Positions 26,310 through 38,149 of a DNA stretch of 64,000 nucleotides are shown here, in pieces. The position numbers and the translations under genes are program-made. Under the pieces are notes generated by a model. That model worked only from the letters and a program-made list of their open reading frames with translations, did no database searches and was not told where the DNA came from. Each line of letters opens with the position of its first letter. Position 1 is the first letter of the stretch. The stretch spans positions 113,770,001-113,834,000 of the forward strand of contig OX597817.1 of the NCBI GenBank assembly GCA_951406725.2, given 5' to 3'. The DNA is from Octopus vulgaris. Its lineage: Eukaryota.

Positions 26310-26500
26310 TCATCATCATTTACCTTCCAAGTTCAATGCTGTCACAAGCTGGACAGTTTGATGGAAGTTGATGGGCCCAAGGACTGTGTCCTATTCCAGA
26401 GTCTCTTTGGCATACTTTCCACAGCTAGATATCCTTCCTAATGCCAATCACTTTACAGTGTGTACTAGGTGCCTTTTTTGTATCATCAACACTAGAGAGG
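26310..26500 (-). mobile_element. SINE family C, decayed
   Basis: (cat)n...acagctagatatccttcctaatgccaatcacttt..gtgtgtactaggtgcctttt. Confidence 0.65.
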
Positions 26501-27036
26501 TTACTATGCTGTTTATAACACTATGAAGCTGAGGTGGAGAGAGCAAACTTTATACTAGGAGAATAAAGAGAAGAAAAGGGTACAATCTAAGAGAAAATGG
26601 CCAGAGCAAGCAAGGTTTCTTGCTAAAGAAATTGGTGATGAGGTGTCAGAGTGAATCTTCAAGGTACTACAAAGTGAGTAGGAATACCCAGTTTTGAATA
26701 ATCAAACTGACAACAATATCAGCATTATAGCAATATCTCTAGCCACATGTGTTTTATGTCAACACAATGGTATGTATGTGTGTTTTATTTGCCATGTGTG
26801 TGTGTATGTGTGAGTAGAGTGTGAAGTTTTTATGGCTCATGTAAGAGGTGAAAAGGCATCTCACTCTTTTACCCCTTCATTTTCCCATTTCCATTCTTAC
26901 ATCCATAGGAACATAACATAAGAATTTTTTGCTCTTACAAAACAGTTCTTTCTTGATGCTATTTTTCTCAGGTGGTACATATTTGTAGCAGATAAGTGTT
27001 GACTGCAGCTGCTGCTGGATTTACCTACCATTCAAG

Positions 27037-27512
27037 ATGTCTAGAAAGAAGCTATCAAGTAGAATTGAAGGTAGCAGTGCAAAAACGAAATGTAAAAGGA
27101 TTGGCATGGTTATGAAACTTGATGTTTTAAAAAGGTTTGATGCAGAAGAAAAAAACAATCAGTCACATTACCAAAATATGAAACACTAAAGCACTCAAGA
27201 AGCTACTCTGTTAACTGATTGGAACTCATTTTTTTATAGATCTAATGTGATACTAATAATGCTATGGCTCTTGGGTGTATGGATAGAACATAAAACTCGA
27301 CATCATGCAGATAAGCATGATTCTAATTTTTGAAAAAAGCCAAAAGTTTGAAGCTACCAGTGCTGATACAGAGGCTGTTACTAATTATCCTGGGTTTCAG
27401 AAAAAAAAAATGTTAAAGGAGAGTACACACCAGAGCAAATCATGTTAATGAAAGTGTACTTTTCTGGAAGCTCATACCTACTAGAACTTTTATTTTTCCA
27501 GAAGAAAAATCA
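27037..27512 (+). pseudogene. Tigger/pogo transposase relic (HTH_psq, CENP-B HTH and start of DDE domain)
   Basis: MSRKKLSS..KRIGMVMKLDVLKRFD..; LLGVWIE..; EATSADTEAV..YP; GEYTPEQI/VNESVLFWKLIPTRTFI. Confidence 0.8.
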
Positions 27513-29225
27513 ACAAAAATAAAGGACATAAAAATAAAAAAATTCAACTAAAATATTCAACAAGAAAAATTTCCCAACAGGTAAGAAAGACTATCTAAGG
27601 TAATTTAAGGGAAAATCCTACACAAAGACCTGAATTACTACTCTGCCGCATCTAAGGCATTGAAGCCGCCCTCTCTTAGGTTCTTTCTTCCCTAGAAAAG
27701 TATATTCAGAGTAGACTCATTCAGCTTTGTCAATCTCATACCCTAAGCCATCTTTGTGGTACAGTGGCATTTGAAGAAATTCATGAGAACTTGACCAGAA
27801 AGGAAGATGCCTGTCTTTGACCCTTTCTAATGAGTCAACCACACCACTTCTTTTGCCATAGTCACTAAACAGAAAAAAACTGATTGCCCTTCCTTATCAA
27901 CAATAATGGCAATGACAAGAACAATTTTTAATATAGGCACAAAAACTCAAATTTGTGGACAACTGTACATAATTGGCACTTATTGTGTAAACCTTGAAAT
28001 ATGAAACCAAAGTACCTCTTAGCGACGACTGAACTCTGAAAATTGAAATGAACTACATATGCAAATCATTTTGTATGTCATTATATCAATTCTGTTAATT
28101 CAAGGCTCTCTTATTGAAAATGATAATAATTACACAAACCAATTATATTTTTATAGGTTTATTGTTTTCTGTTATGAAACTAGTCAAATGTTTTTCTAAA
28201 ATTTTCTGAAGCAACAACTGCTAGTCACATTTTGTTACTGGTTATAGGCAGTAGGCAATAGTATATCTATAACTTTCCTACTGATTACTTTGATACAGGC
28301 ATTCCTGGTTGAGCAGATATATGATCAAAGTCACTCCAGCCATGATCAATCCCTCTTTTTGAATAATTACAAAACTACATTGTTTAATGTGTCTCTTTAT
28401 TTGAAGATAGTAAGGTGAGAGTTAATGGAAATTTGACTGCTATTTCTAGCAAATTGAAAAGCTGAGGCTCGTTCATTGGCTCATCCTATTTAATTTGCTT
28501 GAACAATGCAGTAGAGAGAAGTTGGGACTGGTGAAGAACAAAGGACAAAGCAGAACATAAGATCTGAAGAATATTATATGTGAGTGTTCCATTGAAACTG
28601 CATTACTAAACCAGCATTTTATGACATCTCTCATATAACAGAATGGTCGATTTTCTAAACCACCACTGCAACCCATCCACTCAATGAATTCTCCCAAAAC
28701 ACATAAACTTAATGTATTTTGCTAAGCTCAAAGTGTCGATATATTAGATCAATAGCAGAGATAAATGGATACAAGCAACAAAAATGAAAGCAAATATAAA
28801 ATATTTAATCTGACTGATCTTTTTAATAATAAATATCTGTTTGATATTTTCTTGCATGTAATATTAGAGTGTTGGCAAATATGCCATGAATGGAAATGTA
28901 ACTGTCTTTAACACACCTAAACAGCACGACAGCGATTGCAATCACCATACATATTTATATATATATATATGTATAACACACAGAGTTAAAAGCGTTAAAA
29001 CATAACATTGTCAAAACACTACTTTCTAAAATAGTTTGATAGTCTTATTAAAATGCAACAATAGAGTTTAAAAAATTCAATGGGGAGGTCACAGTAGAAT
29101 TTGACATGGTTGTGATATGGTATATCTTTGTATTGATGTTATACTGCATTGCATTCAAACAAAATCATATGTTTTATAATATAAAACATTTTATAGTTTC
29201 AATTACTAAACAAAGCATAAATATA

Positions 29226-29278
29226 CATTTACTTAAAGTAGCATTTACTTAAAGTAGCATTTACTTAAAGTACTTAAA
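29226..29278. repeat. 16-bp tandem repeat catttacttaaagtag, about 3 copies
   Basis: Direct reading. Confidence 0.9.
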
Positions 29279-29679
29279 GAAGTGGTTTATGTTATTAAAC
29301 ACATGAAGTTTGAGATACATCTTAATTCATTTAATGAAGGCATTTATTCACTGAAAATGATCCGAACAAATTAGAAATAAGTTGAAGTTAATGACTATGT
29401 TTATGTGAACTAAATATGTGGAAAGAATGAATTTCAAATATACACATATAAGAAAAATATGAGTATATATACCTTATGGTAACCTTCCAAGACATCTAGA
29501 GATCTCTAGAACTCGCTTCTGCAGCTGGTGGGGAAAAAGAAAACTTTATTATAAATAGCAATAAGCCATGAGAGTTTGAATATAAAGTAACTAGAACATA
29601 AAAGGATAATAAAACTAGTAAATTTGAGGAGACTATTGAGTCAAGTAAAATCAAAATCAGAATCTCAATCAAATCAAAA

Positions 29680-29845
29680 TGGAAATTGTAGTTGTGGCCA
29701 ATGCCAGTGCCAGCAGATTGGCTCCTGTGCAGGTGGCAAGCAATAAGCACCATTCATGTGTGGGTCATTGCCAGTGCTGCCTGACTGGCTCCCCGTACCG
29801 GTGGCACATAAAAAGCACCATCTGAATGTAGTCAATGCCAGCATA
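29680..29845 (+). mobile_element. SINE family C internal repeat fragment
   Basis: ggctcctgtgcaggtggca..aagcaccatt and ggctccccgtaccggtggcacataaaaagcacca. Confidence 0.65.
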
Positions 29846-32664
29846 CATACATACACAACTGAAAGGGTTCTTATTGAGATAATACAAAAGTAATTCCAGA
29901 GTACTTTACTAAGCGTTTATATTAAATTACATAACTTTTCCAGTGTTCAATAAAGTTTGTGGACCATCTCATCTGGTTTTTCATTTCTTTAAAAGTCGAG
30001 ATGAGAAACTCAGAGAGAAGCAACAGAGAGGAACCCTCATCTTCAAATAAATGAAAAAGCTCTACAAATACTAAATACTTTTTCTGGCTCTTCGTAAATT
30101 CAAATGCTTATACACTGTAAGCTACAAATCTCAATCTCTCCACCATTTATACTATTTGTGTAACACACACACACACGTTTGTTGCTTAAACAATACACAT
30201 AGTAAAAAGAAAAGAAATGAGCTATAATTGAGTGAATACATAAAACCATAGGTGTTATGACTTAAAAGTGTTATGACATGCTCCTACATGTCATAAACAT
30301 TGACTATGTGTGTGTGTGTGTGCATGCATATATGTATGTATTCTTTTATTGACTTTTGTTTATTAGAGTACCAGCTGAATATTCACAAATCAGAAATAAG
30401 TATTTATTGTGCCTAGTTTGAGATGAAGGCCTGCATGTGTAAAATATCTGCATATATTTCTCTGAGTTGAATTTCGGTCTTTATTTCAACTGGTGTTTCA
30501 GCTGTTGTCAGTATTTTGGGAATGTTATCCTGGTGCATGTGGCCCACATATCAATGATAGTAAAGGGCGTTTGTTGAAAGAAACATGGCCGCTACATTAA
30601 GCAGATCAAATTAGTAAATAAACAATCTCCTGCACTGGTTGGAGTTTTTCATGAATTCTACTAGTATGCAATTTTTTCATATGTCTTTTAAGATTATTTT
30701 TTCTCTCATATCATAAAATATGAGAGTAACGTATTATTTTTAACAACCAGACTATCTCAACCCATCATCTAATATGGTTTAATATTTAAAATTTTCCCAT
30801 ATATTTTCTATATATTTAGTCTATTTCATACTTCTGAGATATTTTTGTTTTAAAGATGAATTATGCCCAACTTTATGTTTCATTGCATTAATGTGTTGTA
30901 GTGAAACAGAGAAACTACACAGACTGATGTCTGTTCCCTTGTGGAAAACATAGCATTACAAGTGAAACTGAAAACAGCAAGAATGGTGGGGAATTAGCAT
31001 GGGAAGGGAGAGCAAGCAGCATAGAAGGAACAAATAACTAGCAAGGAGGGAATACAATGAATTGAAAGAGATAACATTCCACAGTAAAAATCAGTATGGG
31101 AATAGGTTTAATGAATCATCACAGGGCAGTGATAGAGCAAGAAACATTAGGCTGCAATTTCAAAGAGGAACCACCAACACTACACCGTGTTTTGAAGATG
31201 TACAAAGACTTGAGTCCAGAGGTGAAACCAAATAATATTAAAAGATATTAAATGTGTTGATGAATTCATTCAGAAACATTATCCAAAGGAAAATATTGAA
31301 ATCAAAAAGTAAATACAGATGAAAACATAAAAAGGAAATATATAATAAAAAAACTTTCTGTGTGGTGGATGAAAAGTATGAGTCAAGCATGAGAAAGAGT
31401 GAATGAGTAAGGGGGGGGGGGGCAAATGAAAAATATTGAAAAAAATGATTTGTAATGAAATTAGAGAAAATTTATTGTTGATGACTCCTCAAAAGACGAA
31501 AAAAAAAACCATTTAAATTTTGTTCACAAACATTTGATAACAAGTCACCCACCATCCTTTACTTTTCTCGCTTATCTAAATCATTATTTAAATGCTATCA
31601 GATGAATTGGGCTTAAAAAGCTTTCAACTGTGAATAACTTAGAACACATTGGTGGCTAAAGTGGTAATTAAATTGATAAGAAATGAAACACTTGTGTGGC
31701 AAACAGTTTAACTAAAGAGAATGACAAGACATAATCAAACAGATTTATCTGTTGCAATTCATATATTCAATTAGTTTTTAGAGTGGTGAACTGTTGTGTC
31801 CCCCACAAAAATACTTCAATAGATAAAAGAAATATAAAACCAGATCTATTCAGCTTTTTAGTATGAAAGAGGCAAAGAAATAATAAAGAGAATGCCTTTA
31901 GAGGTTAATAACTTGTTGAACAGTAAGTTGTAACTTATTTAAGATTAAATTAAATTAAATATGGGTTTCTTTAAACTTGAAGTATGTTGTTGTCAGATCA
32001 AAGAAACATATGATTAAAAGTGTTCTAGACATGACCATCCCATTTTTTTGTTGAAACACAATGTATCTAGAACCATATTTCCCAATAGGTCACTTTTTAA
32101 AACAGAAGGGAAATTTGGCTTACTTGTAGCAGGTTGACTGACCACATAGAAGCTCTTTTGTTGGCTTGAAAAAACAATGTTTATAGAAGGGACATAAATA
32201 CTACAAAGCATTTTATCTGATGCACGAGCAAAATGTTTTGAGAAGCAGGCTGCACTACTAAAATAATTCAAGGTAATTTTTTGTTAGGTGAACCATTCAG
32301 ACACTACTGTGGGTGGCAGTTTGCCCCTGATTGTGATATCCTTTCCGCCAATTCATTGCAATGAATATTGAGACTAGGTATAAACAAATTCCTTGTGTAG
32401 GCTTGAGACCAGAAATTTGTTGTGATGCCCATGCCTGGCATTTTGGAATGAGTTCAAGCACTTTTAATTGGGAAATGATACAGAATTGTAAATTCAGTTT
32501 GCACAGAACTTAGTTACTCTACAACAAAATCTCACAACCTTCCACTTGACAAGATTCTTCAAAAGCTACAGGCGCAACCATATTCCTCTATGGTTAAACA
32601 AATGAAATGAAATATTGTTTTTGACAAAAAAATTAAATCTTGGTATTGAATTAATATTATACTG

Positions 32665-32880
32665 TTACTCTTTTATTTGTTTCAGTCATTTGACTATGGC
32701 CATGCTGGAACACCGCCTTTAATCAAGCAAATCAACCCCAGGGATCATTCTTTGTTATCTCAATACTTATTCTATTGGTCTCTTTTGCTGAACCGCAAAG
32801 TTACGGGGATGTAAACACACCAACATCGGTTGTCGAGCAATGTTGGGGGGGGGGGCAAACACAGACACACAAACGTATGC
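32665..32880 (-). mobile_element. SINE family B, 3' half
   Basis: ttttatttgtttcagtcatttgactatggccatgctggaacaccgcc...gttacggggatgtaaacacaccaacatcggttgtc. Confidence 0.85.
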
Positions 32881-32914
32881 ACACAGATACATAGATATCA
32901 AAATATTCTGTCAA

Positions 32915-33290
32915 TATTTTTTTTTATAACCATTTAGTACAAGTAAAGAAAGAAAGCCATAACTCAAGTGGGCTCTTCCAGACTGGTGAAGATGTTGCTT
33001 CTTTATGTCACTGATTGTAGGGAAAATGACAGAGGGAGAGCTCTGGGTGGGGAATTCTAGGAAGAAGCAATGAGAAAGAGCATTTAGCATAGGATTTGAA
33101 GGTAGGAAGTACAGAAGGGACAAGGGCAAGCAAATACTTCAAGTAGGTTTGGCCTTGGAGTGGTTTGCAATTTGTTAGTTTAGAGGAAGCAAAACCATAG
33201 TAGTCGTTTGTAGTAGAGGAGACAGGCAGAAAACACAGTGAGCTGTAGTTGCAGTAAGAGGAAACAGCTGACATATTCCTGCATTTGCAC
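32915..33290 (-). mobile_element. LINE 3' end relic (L2/CR1-group C-terminus, short 3' UTR, A tail)
   Basis: Minus-strand fragments ..SSLCF..YYGFASSKL..; ..SHCFF...SPSVIFPTISDI.. resemble RRxVASLSLFYRYYxGxCSxEL..SFFPRT..WNSLP..FP..YD; A-run follows at ~32920. Confidence 0.5.
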
Positions 33291-33408
33291 ATACCTTTAA
33301 ATGTATACCTGTATGTCAGTATGCATGTTTTGAAGGGAAATTCTGAGGATGTGTGTGTGTGTGCTTTTTCTTCTTTTCTTTTTTGCATCTATAATCATAA
33401 AATTCACA

Positions 33409-33443
33409 ATATTATGAGTCAAACTGAATTTGACTCATAATAT
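33409..33443. other. Perfect 15-bp inverted repeat with 5-nt loop; each arm holds an AP-1-type TGA(C/G)TCA
   Basis: atattatgagtcaaa-ctgaa-tttgactcataatat. Confidence 0.85.
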
Positions 33444-34879
33444 CTGAGTGAAACTACTTTTAATATAATTTAATGTAAAAACCTCAAAGGAAAAAGAAAA
33501 TTGTATGCACTAAATTTACTGAAATTACTTTGAGAAAACAAATTAAAAGACATTAAAAAAAAAGATTAAGAAACTAAAACCAAAATATCTGTAATTTAAT
33601 AAGATTTTAGAAGGAGAAACAGTTTATTGAAATATCTACTTGAATTTTATGAAGCCAAAAAGAATGAGGTAAAATATAAGAAATAAAGACCAGTTTTAAA
33701 CATTCTGAAACTATTGTTGTTGTTGTTGTTACGTAGCTTCAGGTCAGACCTGATTGACAGTTCTATGGTATGCAGGTAAATGGTTAAACATTGAGGAGCC
33801 ACCCACAGCACTATTTTCCCAAATGTAGCATATCTTCATCCAGCAGAGGAGAAATTTGCATAATCCAGCATACAGTGAAGAATTATATGGGGTGCATCAA
33901 ATCCTAGTGGAACACCATTCAGGAAATTTTAAGTGTTGTTGTTAGTGGTGGTAATGAAGGTGGGGTACTACTTTAAATGGGATTGTCTTCAGGTGAAATA
34001 ATAAATAACAAGCTTAAGGAACATTAATGGCTTAGTCTTAATAGCAAACAGATTTCATACATTCTGTTTGTTCATTATTATCTCTTAACCAGAGAACAGA
34101 GTAATAAGTGCTGACACAAATGGGAAACAATGAGAGGTATGCTAAAGAGTGTAAGATAAAAGAATGAAGCATATTGTGTAACCTAGAATCAACCAATCAA
34201 ACCAGGAGCTGCATATGACACTAATTATCATATGCTGCACCACTGTGATGGGTTAATTTATTCTTACAGACATCTATTACCATTCAACTTAACTAAATAG
34301 TACAGATTGTAAATATAGCTAGAAAATCAATAACAAAATTCTCTTCTACAATACAACTGTTCACATAAAAGAAACAGCCAACAAGTCTCAGGTTTTTACT
34401 TAAAAATGCTAAATAATAAAAGAATAAAGGAAAATAATGAATATCTTTGTTGGGAAAATGACATAATGTAGACTAGTGTATTTTTGTATGTAAAACCTCA
34501 CAAGATAATTTATATTGCAGCAAAGAGATTAGTTTAATTCAATTGATGAGATTATTTAGAAAATAGCTCCTACACATGTAATCATCATTGGTGATAGCTG
34601 CAGCATCATTATCTTCTCCTAAGTTATGTCATTAATCAAGTAAATAACAAAACTAAAACAGTTAAGTGCAGCAAAATATACAAACTTATCTTTTACATCA
34701 CTATATTTCTGAGATGAGTTATTATTACTAGAGATAAAAGATGAGAATTTTAACTTAATCTCTTTTATGCTTGTATTTGTATAACATTTACATTAGCAAA
34801 TTCTCTGAATATCATCAGGTTCGATAATAATTGTAAAATTCATTGTAGATTGTGTAAGATTTTCAACAATTTGTAGATG

Positions 34880-35380
34880 GCTGTATATGGGAGTCTAAAG
34901 GTACTCTTCTCTCCCACTGCTCCTGTATGTCTCAGTTCTTGAGTCATTGATGTGGAAGCTAGAGATGTTGCACGGAATGGTGTTTCAACAATGATACAAG
35001 AAGGCTACGTCAGCATATGGGTCAATGTCACATGATATTGAACAGCATAGAAATCAAAGTAGTAACAGAATGAAATGGCAGGTTGCAACTCAGCAACTAG
35101 AGAGGCATGTTCATGCCAGCCAATGAAGTGGGTGGCTAGCCTCTCTCTGAAATGGGTTTAGAGGAATGCCATTGATACATGAAAGGCTGGGGGGATAATG
35201 AACACACATCACTTCTGTTATTTACTACTACTTGGCCATTGTCCCGTCTCCAGTTTCCATTTGACAAGGCTGAAGTATCTGCTGCTAACACTCTCTCAAG
35301 CCCAGTGAATGTAGTACAGTGGTCTTCATGATGGTAGCCGACAGCTGGATCCATCTTATGTGCAACAACAGCATCCAAGA
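34880..35380 (+). pseudogene. L1/Tx1-clade LINE reverse transcriptase relic
   Basis: Plus frames give GV*RYSSLPLLLYVSVLESLMWKLE (cf. GVRQGCPLSPLLYVLxLEPLLRKL), ATSAY (cf. SAYADD) and HITSVIYYYLAIVPSP (cf. IASVIYYRLTVVPCP). Confidence 0.6.
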
Positions 35381-36325
35381 AATTTATGATTTTTGTGTAT
35401 ACTGATGTAAGGAATTAGTATTTAAAGTTGAAGTTACAGTTCCTTAGGTATAGGGATTAGTTATAGGAAGAACTTGCTTTAAATATATTGTTCTTTCAGT
35501 GTTCTTTGCAACCAATCTTAAGAATCATAATGACAGACTGGGCAAAATGCCAGCCTTTTAATTGAAGAATCGCGAACCTGTACCCAACTGCAAGAACTGG
35601 GCCACGTTTTAAGTAAAGCAAAGAACATCATGTTTTATATATACACACACACACATATACCCATATACACAACATTGTAAAAATAATTTTTTACATTCTC
35701 TTATATTTAAAAAATGTAATTTGAATACTGAATGGATTAATCACCGCTACAGATGATGAGGAAAATACAATTATTTCAATTTTAGCAGAACATAAATATG
35801 AACACTTGAGACTCACAGAGAAATGTGAAATATTTGGTACTAATTTTTCTTCTTTTTTGTCACAAGACCTTAAATGTTTAGGGGCAGGAAATACAGTATT
35901 GTGACATCTAAGGGCATTAGTACTTTTGGTAAAGTAAAATAGCTTTAAGTGAAAATTGAAACCATATGAAGGATCCAACTACCTGAGAGACTACTGCTTC
36001 ATCTATGATGTCTGCCACAAACTTTGGTAGCTATAGAGCTTGGAGTAATGTTTAGATTAACTATGCTAAAGTTATTGACTAGATATGGTGTAGAACTGCA
36101 GCTAACTTAGTTTTCTTTCTACTTTAGCAAGTATGGTTTGGGTAGAATTCCAAAAAAGAGAGGAATGGGAAAAGAAAGCGAAAGAGAGAGAATGGAAGAG
36201 AAAAACTTGTAACGATGATATATATCAACAGTTTAGAAAGAATTTTATTAGAAAGAGGAATTAATTTCTTTGAGAAATAGGATTATAAACATTTTTTATA
36301 TACTTTAAATGCTGGAATTCTATGC

Positions 36326-36326
36326 G

Positions 36327-36361
<35 letters not shown>

Positions 36362-36850
36362 GGTATAAAATTTTGGCACAAAGCCTACATTGACCCCAGT
36401 GTTCTACTGGTATTTATTTTATTGACCCTGAAAGAATGAAAGGCAAAATGAACCTTGGAGGGATTTTAACTCAAAACATAATTCTAGAAGAAATGTTGCT
36501 AAGCAATTTTCTCTGGCATGGTAATGATTTTGACAGTTTGCCACCTTAATAACAATAATAATAATCCTTTCTACTATAGATACATGGCCCAAAATTTTAG
36601 GTGAGAGGACTAGTTGATTACATCAAATCCAATGTTCAAATAGTACTTATTTTTTTATTGACTCTGAAAGGATGAAAGGCAAAGTTGACCCAGGTGGCAT
36701 TTGAACTCAGAAGATAAAGTTGAAAGGAATACCACAAAGCAATTTTTCTCAGCATAACAAGGCCAGCAATTTGGGGGGATGGTGCGCTAAATTGATTGCA
36801 TCAACCCCAGTGCTCAACTTGCTACCTTAATAATAATAATAATAATAATA
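36326..36850 (-). mobile_element. Tandem cluster of SINE family A copies separated by (TAA)n
   Basis: gaaagRatgaaaggcaaa at ~36430 and ~36666, with (taa)n at 36326-36360, ~36547 and 36828-36850. Confidence 0.75.
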
Positions 36851-38149
36851 AAACAGTGATCCTAGTTGCAGTTAAATAAATGCTTTACTTCCTTCTATTT
36901 ATGTGATAAGGTTTCTTTCTGAACTATGGAAACAAAGAAAGAAATTGATACTGAAAGACCTAAATTATATTAAGTTGTTATTTTGGAAAAAGTATTTTGA
37001 AGGAAGATGTATAGCTAAATAGGTTAATAGCATAATGTAAGAAAACCAAAGGATTTTAATTTTTTTTTTGTAGGTGGAGGACAGAGCAGGAGAACGAGGG
37101 TTTGTTTTGCTTTTAGGTATTAAACAATAAATAGCTGAGTTGTATATTAGTTTATTTACTTAAGAGATAAAATTGAGGAGGATTAAACAGGGATTAGAAT
37201 CTGGTTAAAAACAGGCCAATTTGTTACTAATGTAAGACTTTTTTTAAATAGACAAGCAGACTAAAAAAAAAAAAAAGAATATTTTACTTGTGTTTCAAGT
37301 TTTATGAATGATTCATATAAGCAAGAATTCAAAACAGTAGAAAACTAACTGTATATGTTAAGTTGCTTAAGATGCTTGAAGGAAAATATCACACACTTTT
37401 TTTAATTTTTTAATATTTTAGTTAAAAATAAAAGGAATAGATAAGTTTGAGATTGTTAGGGTGCATATTTTTTGAGTTCTACTTAAAATTATTACTGACT
37501 GTGATATGAAGGAAACAGGGTAAAGGGTTTTTTGTTTCTGTTTTATATTTTCACAAACTATTTTTTTTTATTCCACAGCTGTCAGTAAGATGTACAAAAA
37601 ATTAAAATTGAAACGCTGCCAACTACAGAAAACCTATCTCTGAAAACCTAAGGAATCAGTTTTATCCTAAGCAATGAAATTTCTGAATATGATGTTTATA
37701 GTTTCCTGGGATGGCAAAAGGGATAACTGTAGTGTAGAGTAACCTACTGTAGATGTAGCTGCTCTATGCTTGAATGTTTGCAAATTTCTCTTATGTTACT
37801 AGTTCTAAGAGTAGCAAAATGGTGAGAAGATTTTGGTTAAAGTGTGCATATCTTTGGAATCCTACTTAATTCCTGAATTCATACAATTAGACTATGCTTA
37901 TGTTTACCTTTCCTCTTTGTATGAAATTATGTAGTAGCTTTGAGTCAAACAATAAGTTTGTCAGTATAAAGACTATCACATTAAAGTTTGAAAGAAAGCC
38001 AGTGTTGTTGGTCTGATGTTTGTTTTTCAGTGTTGTAAGAAATCATAATATTTCCAGGTTACTATAATATAATAATGTTGTTACTGTTATTTTAGCTACA
38101 GGGGTGCTGAATTCCAGAGAGAAGTAGAATGAATTGGCACACTTCACAG

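Noticed and set aside
35136-35378. 80-aa minus-strand ORF that looks like a protein
   Set aside because: Antisense to the Tx1-like RT relic on the plus strand.
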